The notes beneath the pieces are model-generated. The model ran no database searches, was not told the DNA's origin, and saw nothing but the letters and a program-made list of their open reading frames with translations. Positions 29,112 to 38,403 of a stretch of 64,000 bases of DNA are shown piece after piece. The DNA is from Longimicrobiales bacterium (lineage in GTDB: Bacteria; Gemmatimonadota; Gemmatimonadetes; Longimicrobiales; Gaopeijiaceae). Each line of letters opens with the position of its first letter. The stretch's first letter is position 1. Location of the stretch: positions 192,001 to 256,000 of the forward strand of contig OZ242008.1 in NCBI GenBank assembly GCA_965204735.1, given 5' to 3'. The translations under genes and the position numbers were made by a program.

Positions 29112-29588
29112 ATGACCCGAATCCGCGTCGCCGTCGCCCTGGTACCGCTCCTGTGCGGGGCGTGCCACGCCTACGCGCCGGCGTCTCCTTCCGCCGTCGG
29201 ACCCGGCGACCAGGTCCGCGCCCTCCTCACCGCCGAGCAGCTCGACCGCTTCCGGGGGGTGCTGCCGACCGACGCCCGGAGCGTGGAAGGCACAGTGCTC
29301 GAAGCGGTCCCGGGCGAGCTGCTGCTGGAAGTCCCCCTTCTCGTCCAAGCCGAAGGGCTGCGCGTCGAGTCGCTCCGGCAGCGGCTTCGCATCCCCGAGA
29401 CGGGATTGGCCGACTTGGAGTTCCGCACCCTCGCCCGGGGCCGAACCTGGGCCCTGGCCGGCGCTGCTGCCGCGCTGGTGGGGTACGTGACCTGGGACCA
29501 ATGGTTCTCCGACGCCAAGCGCGACCCCCAAGTGCTGCCCGGCCCGGTCAACGAGTTCTGGCGGGTCGTGGTCCCGGTTCCGCCGTGA
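29112..29588 (+). CDS. Hypothetical lipoprotein
   Basis: Lipobox LCGAC; C-terminal TM. Confidence 0.65.
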   Translation: MTRIRVAVALVPLLCGACHAYAPASPSAVGPGDQVRALLTAEQLDRFRGVLPTDARSVEGTVLEAVPGELLLEVPLLVQAEGLRVESLRQRLRIPETGLADLEFRTLARGRTWALAGAAAALVGYVTWDQWFSDAKRDPQVLPGPVNEFWRVVVPVPP

Positions 29589-30010
29589 CCTCCATGCATC
29601 CGGCCGCAAGGCGCGCCGGCAGAACCCCGTCGCCCGTGGTCGGCCTGCCCCTGGGCGCCTTTCCGGCCCTGCTGGCGTTGATGGCGGCCGCCGTCGCGAC
29701 CGCCTGCGACGAGGACCCCATCGGCTCGCCCCTCTCGATTGAGCTGGCGGGTCCCGGCGCCGGCGTCGTCGGCGAAGAGCTGGCGGTGCAGTACCAAGTG
29801 CGCGGCCGCCAGCTCCTGGGCGTCGTCTTCACCTGGGGCGACGGCGCCGCCGACACCCTCGCCACCGAGGGCGCCCAGAGCGCCGCCGGCACGCGACGCC
29901 ACACCTACCGCTCTGCTGGCGTCTACACCGTCCAGGCCCGGGCCCAGGACGCGGTGGAAGGCGTCGCGACCGCCGAAGCGTCGATTCGGGTGGAGGACGC
30001 CGGTTCCTGA
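29585..30010 (+). CDS. PKD/Ig-like domain lipoprotein
   Basis: ATAC lipobox; FTWGDG...HTYRSAGVYTV PKD signature. Confidence 0.7.
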   Translation: MTSMHPAARRAGRTPSPVVGLPLGAFPALLALMAAAVATACDEDPIGSPLSIELAGPGAGVVGEELAVQYQVRGRQLLGVVFTWGDGAADTLATEGAQSAAGTRRHTYRSAGVYTVQARAQDAVEGVATAEASIRVEDAGS

Positions 30011-30229
30011 CCGGCGGCGTCTTCGCCGCCCGGCCACGACAGGCGCTCGCCCCGCCATGACAGGCTGAGCACGGCGCGCCACGGGGCCGATCCTGGCGGA
30101 AAGTGACCTATCGAGGGAACGGCTCTCCAGCGTTCTCGAAGTGTTCGCGGGCTGGACCGGAACACGTCCGGGAACCTTTGGCGGTTTGCGGAGTATCACT
30201 GTCAGTAACCGCCAACAGGGGGCCGCCCA

Positions 30230-31633
30230 ATGGACGCTGCTTCGCCAATCGACTCGACCGCCGACACGCCGAAGGCAACCGAGAGACCACCCACGCTCGC
30301 CGAGCTGGAACGCTTCCGAGCCGCCGACCCCGCCCTCCTGCGGGAGTGGCTCGCGGAGGTGGAGCCACGCCTGATCGGGACGATAGCGGGCTGGGCCGCC
30401 GATCCCGCCCACGCGGACGACCTGCTGCAGGAGGTCCAGGTCCGCATCTACCGGCGGCGGGCAGGCTTTTCCGGCTCCGGCACGTTCGCGCGGTGGGCGG
30501 ACAAGGTCTGCCTGAACATCTGTCGCACCGATCAGCGCATGAGGGCGCGCAATCGGGCGGTGCCGATCGACCAGTGCCCGGAGATCGCGGACGACGCGCC
30601 CGGTCCCGCGGAGCAGTTCCAGAGCCGCCTGCGGGCCGCGACGGTTCGCGAGGCCGTCGAACGGCTGGACGAGAGGGAGCGGGAAGCGGTCGTCGCCTGT
30701 CACCTCGAGGAGCTGCCGACGGCCGAGGTCGCCCGAACGATGAAGACGACCGAACAGGTCGTCAGAACCCTGGTCCACCGGGGCTTCCGGAAGCTCAGGA
30801 GCATGGACGACGTGACGGAGTTCATGATCGGCTCCAACAGCCGCGCGCCACAAGCGTCCTCCGTTCTCGCGCTCCAATCGGACTGCCGGCTTCGGACTCG
30901 GTTGCGGACGGGCGTGCGGGCCGGGGCCGTCCACGGCTTGGTGGAAGGCGTCCACTTCGCCTCCGGCTGGAGCGACCTGCGGGAGTTGGCGCTCCGCTTC
31001 AGTGGTTCGCCCGCGTTCGTGGACCCCTCGCATCCCTCGGCGGAGGAACGACGAGACCCAGCGGCGTGGTTGCAGCAGGCGGTGCCGGAGTGTCCTCTGA
31101 TCCGCTACGGGAAGGGCGGCGCCAAGTCGCCGGCCACGGACGCCGAGTTCGTCGCGCGTCTGACGCCCGGCGACAACGACAGCCTCGTGGCGATCGGCAC
31201 TGCGGTGCTTCTGGCCGCCAACTACGACTTGGTGCGCAACCTGCTGGCGAACCTCGGGAAGGTCGCTCCCGTCGAAGCTCGAGAGCTTCTGGGGAGCGTC
31301 GTTCGCCGCACGGTGTTCCCGTGCACGGTCGGGGCACTGGCGACGAGCTGGGGAACCAGCGTGGCGATGGTAGGGCGGCGGTGCCGGGCGTGGGGACTGC
31401 CGAAGCCCAAGAGACTCGTCTTGCTGGCACGCCTCTTTCACGTGCAGAGGCTGGCCGAATGGAGCGGTCGGCCGCCGGGCGCGATCGCCCTCGCCCTGGG
31501 CTACTCGGCCTACTCCAACTACGCGCGGTGCGTGCGAAGGGAGATGGAGTGCACGTCGTCGGAGGTCGCCCAACGCGGCGGAGCGGCCTACGTGGCCGCG
31601 AGACTGATCGACGAGGTTGGGGACTCCCGATGA
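30230..31633 (+). CDS. ECF sigma factor fused to a C-terminal AraC-like HTH module
   Basis: ADDLLQEVQVRIYRRRAGFSGSGTFARWADKVCLN; region 4 LDEREREAVVACHLEELPTAEVARTM; then PCTVGALATSWG...GLPKPK...IALALGYSAYSNYARCVRR. Confidence 0.85.
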   Translation: MDAASPIDSTADTPKATERPPTLAELERFRAADPALLREWLAEVEPRLIGTIAGWAADPAHADDLLQEVQVRIYRRRAGFSGSGTFARWADKVCLNICRTDQRMRARNRAVPIDQCPEIADDAPGPAEQFQSRLRAATVREAVERLDEREREAVVACHLEELPTAEVARTMKTTEQVVRTLVHRGFRKLRSMDDVTEFMIGSNSRAPQASSVLALQSDCRLRTRLRTGVRAGAVHGLVEGVHFASGWSDLRELALRFSGSPAFVDPSHPSAEERRDPAAWLQQAVPECPLIRYGKGGAKSPATDAEFVARLTPGDNDSLVAIGTAVLLAANYDLVRNLLANLGKVAPVEARELLGSVVRRTVFPCTVGALATSWGTSVAMVGRRCRAWGLPKPKRLVLLARLFHVQRLAEWSGRPPGAIALALGYSAYSNYARCVRREMECTSSEVAQRGGAAYVAARLIDEVGDSR

Positions 31634-31686
31634 GGCGGTCCAGCGCGAGCCGGTTCGCGCCCCTCGAGATCGAGGAATTCGCAGAG

Positions 31687-31734
31687 GTGCCAATTCTGAT
31701 ATACCACGCAGCGGGCGGGCGGCGTCTCCATCTA
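31687..31734 (+). promoter_or_regulatory. Conserved promoter box B, copy 3 (independent context)
   Basis: gtgccaattctgatataccacg-N10-gcggcgtctccatcta; spacer diverged, flanks conserved. Confidence 0.75.
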
Positions 31735-31794
31735 CAAGACCCAATGCCCCCGTTTGGAAGTACGCGTTCCCCGCAACAAGGATCCCTGACTGAC

Positions 31795-32457
31795 ATGAAG
31801 ATGGAGCCCCGCCGCGCGACGCTTCTGGTCGCGGCGTTCGTCGCGTTGCCGTTGGCCACCGAACCGCTCTCGGCCCAGACCGTGCTGGCCGCTCGGGCCG
31901 GCATGTCCTTCGCAACCCTCGCCTACAGCTCCAACCCGGGCGTCGACATCGGCTACCGCCGAGGCGTGTCGGTCGACCTGTCGGCCACGTGGTACCCGGC
32001 GGAGAAGGTCGGCGTCAGGGTCGGCGGCGCATTCGTCTCGAAGGGCGCCGAGGCCGACCTGGACGGAAACGTCACGGCGACCATGAAGATCAACTACGTC
32101 GAGCTGTCGCCCTTGCTCGACGTTCGAGCGCCGATCGGCGAAGGCGGCGCCTCGCTGCACCTGCTCGCGGGACCCACGCTGTCCTTCAAGCGGTTCTGCG
32201 AAGTCGAAGGCGGCCCTCCGGACGAAAGATTCAAGGGCCGCTGCGAGAACATCGATCTCGACGTTCGGACCGTGGACTTCGGCGCCACGGTGGGCGCGGG
32301 AATCACGCTTCCCGTGATCCAAGATCCGGCTGCGGCGTTGTCGCTGGAAGCCCTGTACACGCTCGGGCTGACGGAGTTCGAGAACTTCGTCGCGGACAAC
32401 CCCGCCAGGAGCCGGGCGCTCGTCGTTCAAGCCGGCTTGAGCTTCCCCGTCGGGTAG
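31795..32457 (+). CDS. Outer-membrane beta-barrel (porin/PorT-like) protein
   Basis: Signal ..LSA|Q; alternating beta strands; FVSKGA, INYVELSPLL, YTLGL, terminal AGLSFP. Confidence 0.8.
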   Translation: MKMEPRRATLLVAAFVALPLATEPLSAQTVLAARAGMSFATLAYSSNPGVDIGYRRGVSVDLSATWYPAEKVGVRVGGAFVSKGAEADLDGNVTATMKINYVELSPLLDVRAPIGEGGASLHLLAGPTLSFKRFCEVEGGPPDERFKGRCENIDLDVRTVDFGATVGAGITLPVIQDPAAALSLEALYTLGLTEFENFVADNPARSRALVVQAGLSFPVG

Positions 32458-32476
32458 CCGCGAACGGAATCGCCTC

Positions 32477-34819
32477 GTGACCGTGCTCGCTCCCGTGGCC
32501 CGCCCGGCGCTCGTGCTGGCCGTTTCCCTCGTCGCCCTCTGGCCTCCCGCGGCGTCGAACGCCCAGCAGGCGTCTGTTGCGGGTCGGGCAAGGGACCAAG
32601 ACGGCGTGCCGGTCGCCGACGCCACGGTCCGCCTTCGTCTGGCGGCCGACTCGAGCGTCGCGCGGCTCACGGGAACGGACCGTCTGGGATTCTTCGTCTT
32701 CCGCCGCGTGACCCCCGGCGACTACGTGCTGACCGTCGCCCGCATCGGCTTCGGGCCGCGAACCGAGGAAGTCGCGGTGTCGGCGGGCGCCGAGTCGCGC
32801 GTCAACGTGGTGTTGTCCGTCCAGGCGGTGGAGCTGGAGGGGCTGGTGGTCGAGACCCGCCGGAGCCGGCGTCGGGAGTGGTTCGAAGAGTCCGCCGGCG
32901 TCACGGTCGAGGAGCTGAACCGGGCCGAGATCAAGTCGATACCGGGCATCGCCGAAGCGGACCCGATGCGGGCCGTCGAAGTGCTTCCCGGCGTCGTCAC
33001 GGTGTCGGACTTCTCGGCGGCGTTCAACGTGCGCGGAGGCTCGGCCGACCAGAACCTCATCCTCCTCGACGGCGTTCCGATCATCAACCCCTTCCACCTG
33101 GCCGGGTTCTTCTCGGTGTTCAACGCGGACATGGTCGAGCGCGCCGAGCTTCAGTCCGGGGGCTTTCCGGCCGAGTACGGCGGCAGGGTGTCTTCGGTCC
33201 TGTCGGTCGAGACGGACCTGGGCGACGGCGAGTTCGGCGTCGATTCGGGGTGGAGCCTGCTGGCGGCCCGAGCGGCCGTCGGCGGCGACCTGCCGGCTGG
33301 CACGAAGGCGGCCGCCGGGCTCACCAGCGCGCGGTGGAAGGTGTCGGGACGGCGCAGCTACTTCGACCTCCTGCTGCCCGACATGCCCTACTACCTGATG
33401 GACTTCCAGGGCGCCTTCGAGGGATGGACGAACGGTGGCGACCGGTTCAAGCTCACGGCCTACTCGGGTCGGGACGTGCTGAACGTGCCCGGCAGCGACG
33501 AGGACTTCATGGGACTGGACTCCCGCTGGGGCAACGATGCCGTCGGCGGCTCGTGGACCCGCCCCATGGACGGCGGCGGCGCCTTGGACCTGCGCGCGTC
33601 GTTCTCACGGTTCCGAATGGACTTCGACTTCCTCGGGCAGTCCGACACCGACGCCGACAACGGCGTGACCGAGTCCGTGTTCGGGTTGAACCTGGAGCGC
33701 CGCCCGACTCCCCGCACGCGCTGGAAGTCGGGGTTGTCGACAAAGCGGACGACGGCGGACAACCTTACGAAGGCGAGCGGAGTGATCCTTCGCGCACAAC
33801 GCTTCGCCGGCTGGGAGTCCGCGGCGTACACGCAAATGCGATGGAACCCGAGCGCCCGCTGGCTGATCGAAGTCGGCGCGCGGGTGGACTACTGGGCGCC
33901 CAGCGAGGCCGACGGGATCGTTGCCGTGTCGCCCCGAGCCGCGGTGAAGCGCTTCGTCCGCGACGGAGATTGGGCCGTCCGCGTGGCCGGGGGCCGCTTC
34001 ACCCAGTTCCTGCACTCGCGCCGAGACGAGCGGCTGCCCTTCGGCATCGACGTCTGGATGTTGGCGAGCGAGGGCATCACCCACGTCGTTTCGGACCAGG
34101 TCCAGGCTGGCGTCGAGGGCTACTTCGGCGCAGACGACGAGTGGTCCGCGTTGCTGGAGGGCTACTACCGCACCTTCGACGGCGTGATCTCGCAGAACTT
34201 CGCCGACGACCCCAACGATCCGCTGGACGACATGACGCCCGGCGACGGCTTCTCGTACGGAGCGGACCTGATGCTGCGCAAGTCCGAGGGCGAGACCACG
34301 GGCTGGGTCTCGATCTCCGCCGTGAAGGCGATTCGGAGGTTCCCCGACACCTACGCCGGAGCCTTTCCGCCGCCGATAGTGGAGCATCCGCCGGTGTTCG
34401 ATCGGCGCCTCGAGGTGGACTTGGTGCTGCGGCGACCGCTGGGATGGGGCGTGGAGGGCGGTCTTCGCTGGAACTTCGGCACGGGCCTTCCGTACACCCT
34501 CTATCTGACTTCCTACGACTTGTACGACCAGCGAATGGCCGATCTGCTCGTGGAGCCGGGGTGCTGCCAGAAGGGCGTGCTTCTGGGACCGATCAACGGA
34601 GAACGCTACCCGGCCCGCCACAGGCTGGACGTCAGCCTTCGCAAGCCCATGGCCAAGCGGTGGGGCCGGATCGTTCCCTATCTGAGCGTGATCAACGTCT
34701 ACAACCGCGACAACATCCTCTTCTACGTCTTCGACTACAGCCGAGCGGGCTCCGTGGGCCGAAGGGGCATCTCCATGATCCCCATCCTGCCGACGGCGGG
34801 CGTGGAGGTGTCGTTTTGA
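32477..34819 (+). CDS. TonB-dependent receptor with carboxypeptidase-regulatory-like N-domain
   Basis: LPGV..FNVRGGSADQNLILLDG, GGFPAEYGGRVSSVL plug; C-terminal Phe. Confidence 0.9.
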   Translation: MTVLAPVARPALVLAVSLVALWPPAASNAQQASVAGRARDQDGVPVADATVRLRLAADSSVARLTGTDRLGFFVFRRVTPGDYVLTVARIGFGPRTEEVAVSAGAESRVNVVLSVQAVELEGLVVETRRSRRREWFEESAGVTVEELNRAEIKSIPGIAEADPMRAVEVLPGVVTVSDFSAAFNVRGGSADQNLILLDGVPIINPFHLAGFFSVFNADMVERAELQSGGFPAEYGGRVSSVLSVETDLGDGEFGVDSGWSLLAARAAVGGDLPAGTKAAAGLTSARWKVSGRRSYFDLLLPDMPYYLMDFQGAFEGWTNGGDRFKLTAYSGRDVLNVPGSDEDFMGLDSRWGNDAVGGSWTRPMDGGGALDLRASFSRFRMDFDFLGQSDTDADNGVTESVFGLNLERRPTPRTRWKSGLSTKRTTADNLTKASGVILRAQRFAGWESAAYTQMRWNPSARWLIEVGARVDYWAPSEADGIVAVSPRAAVKRFVRDGDWAVRVAGGRFTQFLHSRRDERLPFGIDVWMLASEGITHVVSDQVQAGVEGYFGADDEWSALLEGYYRTFDGVISQNFADDPNDPLDDMTPGDGFSYGADLMLRKSEGETTGWVSISAVKAIRRFPDTYAGAFPPPIVEHPPVFDRRLEVDLVLRRPLGWGVEGGLRWNFGTGLPYTLYLTSYDLYDQRMADLLVEPGCCQKGVLLGPINGERYPARHRLDVSLRKPMAKRWGRIVPYLSVINVYNRDNILFYVFDYSRAGSVGRRGISMIPILPTAGVEVSF

Positions 34820-35835
34820 GCCGGGCGGCCGGGCGCTTCGTCGCCGCGACGACGGTCGGCGCGTCGCTGATCTTGACCGGCTGCGACCCGACGGGCACGG
34901 AGGTCGCGCCGGAGGATGTGGTCGTAGCGGGCGTGTGGGTCGTAGTCACCATCGATCCCGACGACGCGGCCCGGACGGAGCTGCTCGCCACGGGCTGGCT
35001 CGACTGGACCCGCACGGGACGCGCGACGAGCGAAGTCTCCGGCGCCACGCTCCGCATCGCAGGCGAATCGGGCGCGTCGGTGGACCTGGTGGAGCAGCCG
35101 AACCAGGAGTCGTGCTTCAAGCTGGAACCGCTCCCGACCGGACACCATCCGCCCGTCTTCGGAACGTGCTACTTGGCGACCGCCTCGCCTTCGCCGTTCG
35201 CGCCGGGCGAGGGACTCTCGCTGACGATCGGGTCGCCGGAAGGCGGCACGGCGACGGGAATCAGCCGCTTGCCGGAGACCTTCGCCCCGTCCGGCGGCCT
35301 GGCGAGCGGGAACGGTCGCTGCCTGACGGAGCCCGATCAGAACCACCGCTTCTCGTGGAGCGCGGCGGAAGGGGCTTGGGCGTACCTCGGCGGCGCCCTG
35401 GTGGAAGGACTCGACCCGGCGCTGTGGCCGGGGGACGCGTCGCGCTACGCCGGCGAAGCCCTGCACCTGACGGGGTTGCCCTTTCGCCGCGACTCCACTG
35501 AAATGGTCTTCCCCCGGAACCTGGCGACCCTGACCGGCACCCAGCCCGTCGGCGTCGAGCTGAGCCGCGTCCTTCACGCGGGTCTCCCCGGCGGCGCGAC
35601 GGCCCAGGTGGCCGTGGGCGCGATCGACCGCAACTGGTACAATTGGATACGGCTGCCGACGTTCGAGACGGTCTTCGTGAACTCGGCCTTCGACACCGGC
35701 GAGATTCGCGTCCCCTCCATCTTCGGCCACGGCGTCGGCGTCTTCGGCGCCAGCGTGCGATGGACGGCCGAGGTGGAGTCCCGGGCGCGAACCGGCGCCG
35801 GCGACCCGCCACCGTGCGGACCCGTCGTGGGATAG
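34816..35835 (+). CDS. Lipoprotein partner of the TBDR (DUF4249-like)
   Basis: TTG overlapping the TBDR stop; lipobox LTGC; AIDRNWYNWIR...SIFGHGVGVFGA. Confidence 0.68.
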   Translation: MSRAAGRFVAATTVGASLILTGCDPTGTEVAPEDVVVAGVWVVVTIDPDDAARTELLATGWLDWTRTGRATSEVSGATLRIAGESGASVDLVEQPNQESCFKLEPLPTGHHPPVFGTCYLATASPSPFAPGEGLSLTIGSPEGGTATGISRLPETFAPSGGLASGNGRCLTEPDQNHRFSWSAAEGAWAYLGGALVEGLDPALWPGDASRYAGEALHLTGLPFRRDSTEMVFPRNLATLTGTQPVGVELSRVLHAGLPGGATAQVAVGAIDRNWYNWIRLPTFETVFVNSAFDTGEIRVPSIFGHGVGVFGASVRWTAEVESRARTGAGDPPPCGPVVG

Positions 35836-35848
35836 GGCTCCCCAACCG

Positions 35849-36922
35849 GCGTTCTACGGCGACAAGCGGATCACGGCGGAGTTCTTGGCCACGAAAGTCC
35901 TGGGCAAGGTCATCCCCGAAGAGATCGCTGCCCGTCTCGACCTGGACGGACTCTCGAAGGGACAGACGGAGTACGTGGACATGGAGTTCAGGAAGGTTCG
36001 CCACGCGGACTTGGTTTGGCGGGCGCCGTTTCGCGACTCGTGGCTGTACGTGGTGTTCCTGTTCGAGGCGCAGTCCACGCCGGACTGGCGGATGCCGGCA
36101 CGGATCTTGCTGGAGACGGCGTTGATCTACGACGATCTTCTGGCGCGGGACCCGGAGGTACAGAAGCGGCGCAAGCTGCCGCCGGTGCTGCCGATCGTGG
36201 TGTATGTGGGCGAGCAGCCGTGGCCCGGGGCGACACGGATGGAGGACCTGCTGGCGGGCGACGCGAGGGGGTTCCTGCCGTTCGCGTTGGGTCAGGAGTT
36301 CATGCTGGTATGGGAGATGGACGAGGCGAAGGCGCTGGCGTCGGCGGACACGCCGTGGGCGGCGGGGTTGAGGTTGCGCTACACGCGGGATCGTGCCGAG
36401 TTTGGGGAGGCGTACGCGAAGTTGCGGGAGCTGTTGCCGGAGGACGGTGCGGCGAGCCGTGCGCTGGCGACATGGGTTCGGAGCGCATTGATCGACGACG
36501 GAGCAAAGGAGGAGGAAGTGAAGCGTCTGCAGAAGTTGGGCGACCTGGAGCCGGTCGTACACACGTTCTGGGGAGCCGAGCGCTTGGCGGAGCGTCGGAA
36601 GGGCCGAGCGGAGGGTCGCAAGGAGGGTCGCAAGGAGGGTCGCAAGGAGGGTCGCAAGGAGGGTCGCCGGGAGGGTCGCCGAGAGGCGGCGCGGGCGCGA
36701 CGCGAACAGCGGGTCACGCTGGTGCGCCTAGCCGGGCGGAAGTTCGGTTCGGAGACGGCGGACGGGCTGGCGTCGCTGCTGGAGGGTGTTTCGGACCCGG
36801 AGCGGGTCGCCGAGATCGCGGACCTGATCATCGACTGCACGAGCGGCCGCGACTTCTTGGCGCAGGCGGCGAGGCGCGGGCAGTCGGAAGACGGCTCCAC
36901 GCCCAGCGTCATCAAGCCGTAG
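35849..36922 (+). CDS. Rpn/YhgA-like recombination-promoting nuclease (PD-(D/E)XK), probably 5'-truncated
   Basis: RHADLVWR, YVVFLFEAQSTPDWRMPAR, LPPVLPIVVYVGEQPW; EGRK repeats; RLAGRKFG tail. The frame continues upstream of TTG 35885 (AFYGDKRITAEFL) without a start. Confidence 0.85.
   Translation, partial: AFYGDKRITAEFLATKVLGKVIPEEIAARLDLDGLSKGQTEYVDMEFRKVRHADLVWRAPFRDSWLYVVFLFEAQSTPDWRMPARILLETALIYDDLLARDPEVQKRRKLPPVLPIVVYVGEQPWPGATRMEDLLAGDARGFLPFALGQEFMLVWEMDEAKALASADTPWAAGLRLRYTRDRAEFGEAYAKLRELLPEDGAASRALATWVRSALIDDGAKEEEVKRLQKLGDLEPVVHTFWGAERLAERRKGRAEGRKEGRKEGRKEGRKEGRREGRREAARARREQRVTLVRLAGRKFGSETADGLASLLEGVSDPERVAEIADLIIDCTSGRDFLAQAARRGQSEDGSTPSVIKP
36611..36682 (+). repeat. 12-bp tandem repeat x6 (EGRK/EGRR)
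   Basis: gagggtcgcaag x4, gagggtcgccgg, gagggtcgccga. Confidence 0.95.
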
Positions 36923-37089
36923 CGGATTGGCTCGCGAGTCGTCTCGCTCGGTAAAGAGGCGCTGCGGTCCAGAGGACTCCGGCTGACCCGCACTTGCCCC
37001 GCTCCCCCGCCGCAGGAACCTCGCGCAGTTCTGCCCGCAAGACTTTGAGAAGCGCCCGTAGTAGAACGACAGAGACGGACGGAGCTTCG

Positions 37090-38403
37090 GTGGCAAGAAC
37101 AAGGCACGGCAGGCTCTTTCACCGCACGTTGGCGCCGCTGTTCTTGCTGACCTGCTGTCCCCCGACGGCCTTGTTGGTGTGGGAGATCAACGTAGAACAC
37201 GGAGGATCGCTGGCGTCCTTTGTGGAACAGGTCCTCGCCGTCGGCTTCTTTAGTGAACTGGTGTCGATATGGAGGCCGGTGTTCTGGGGCACGGCGGCTG
37301 GCTGGAAGATCATTGGCGTGTTTGCCGCGGTGCAGTTGCTGCTGATGCGCTTGGTGCCGGGGCAATCGTTCAGCGGGCCGACCACGCCGAAGGGTCATGT
37401 GCCGGTGTACCGCGCCAACGGCGTGGCGTGCTTCTTGATTTCGTTGGGCTTGTTCGTCCTGGGCGGCTTTGTGTTCGACTGGTTCGCTCCGACCATCGTC
37501 TACGACAACTTCGCCGGCATCATCGGCGCCTTGAACATCTCCGGCTTGGCGTTCTGCTTGCTGCTGTACTTCAAGGGCCGGTTCTTCCCGTCTGGGCCGG
37601 ACGGAGGACTGAGCGGCAACTTCATCTCCGACTATTTCTGGGGAACGGAGCTGTACCCGCGCATATTGGGCTGGGACGTCAAGATGTTCACCAACTGCCG
37701 CTTCGGCTTGATGGGGTGGGCGATCATCGTGTTGTCGTTTGCGGCGAAGCAGGCCGAGCTGGGCGGCCTGAGCGATTCGATGGTGGTGGCCCTGGTCGTC
37801 ATGATGGCCTACCTGCTGAAGTTCTTCATCTGGGAAACCGGCTACCTCTGCTCAATCGACATCATGCACGACCGAGCCGGATTCATGATCTGCTGGGGCT
37901 GCTTGGTATGGGTGCCGGCGGTCTATACGTCGCCGATACTGTACCTGGTGCATCACCCGCATCATCTGGGCATGGCGTGGTCGGCGGTGATCGCGGTCGC
38001 GGGCGTGGCTGCGGTGACGATCAACTACCTTGCCGACCGGCAACGTCAGGTCGTCCGAGCAACGGGCGGCGAGTGCACGATCTGGGGCAAGAAGCCGCGA
38101 CTTGTCGTCGCCAAGTATCGCACCGAAGACGGCAAGAAGAAGGAGGCCGTCTTGCTGGCGTCTGGTTGGTGGGGAGTGGCGCGCCACTTTCATTACGTGC
38201 CGGAGATCGCGGCGGCCTTCCTTTGGACGACGCCGGCCCTGTTCTCGCACTTCTTGCCTTGGTTCTACGTGATCTGCTTGACGACCTTTCTGGTACATCG
38301 CGCCGGACGCGACGAGAAGCGCTGCCGGCAGAAGTACGGCGCGTACTGGGACGAGTATTGCCGCCTCGTCCCCGCCCGCATCCTTCCCGGACTGAAGCGC
38401 TAG
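37090..38403 (+). CDS. ERG4/ERG24-family sterol reductase (7-dehydrocholesterol reductase/DWF5-like)
   Basis: PVYRANG, DYFWGTELYPRILGWDVKMFTNCRFG, DIMHDRAGFMICWGCLVWVP, LLASGWWGVARHFHY, HRAGRDEKRCRQKYG. GGAG + GTG start. Confidence 0.92.
   Translation: MARTRHGRLFHRTLAPLFLLTCCPPTALLVWEINVEHGGSLASFVEQVLAVGFFSELVSIWRPVFWGTAAGWKIIGVFAAVQLLLMRLVPGQSFSGPTTPKGHVPVYRANGVACFLISLGLFVLGGFVFDWFAPTIVYDNFAGIIGALNISGLAFCLLLYFKGRFFPSGPDGGLSGNFISDYFWGTELYPRILGWDVKMFTNCRFGLMGWAIIVLSFAAKQAELGGLSDSMVVALVVMMAYLLKFFIWETGYLCSIDIMHDRAGFMICWGCLVWVPAVYTSPILYLVHHPHHLGMAWSAVIAVAGVAAVTINYLADRQRQVVRATGGECTIWGKKPRLVVAKYRTEDGKKKEAVLLASGWWGVARHFHYVPEIAAAFLWTTPALFSHFLPWFYVICLTTFLVHRAGRDEKRCRQKYGAYWDEYCRLVPARILPGLKR

Noticed and set aside
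32878..35835. 985-aa ORF as a single protein
   Set aside because: Only the part from 34816 is protein-like; the rest overlaps the TBDR in another frame.
36611..36682. Possible CRISPR or regulatory array
   Set aside because: No spacers; it is a coding EGRK repeat typical of Rpn proteins. No CRISPR array or cas gene was seen in the window.
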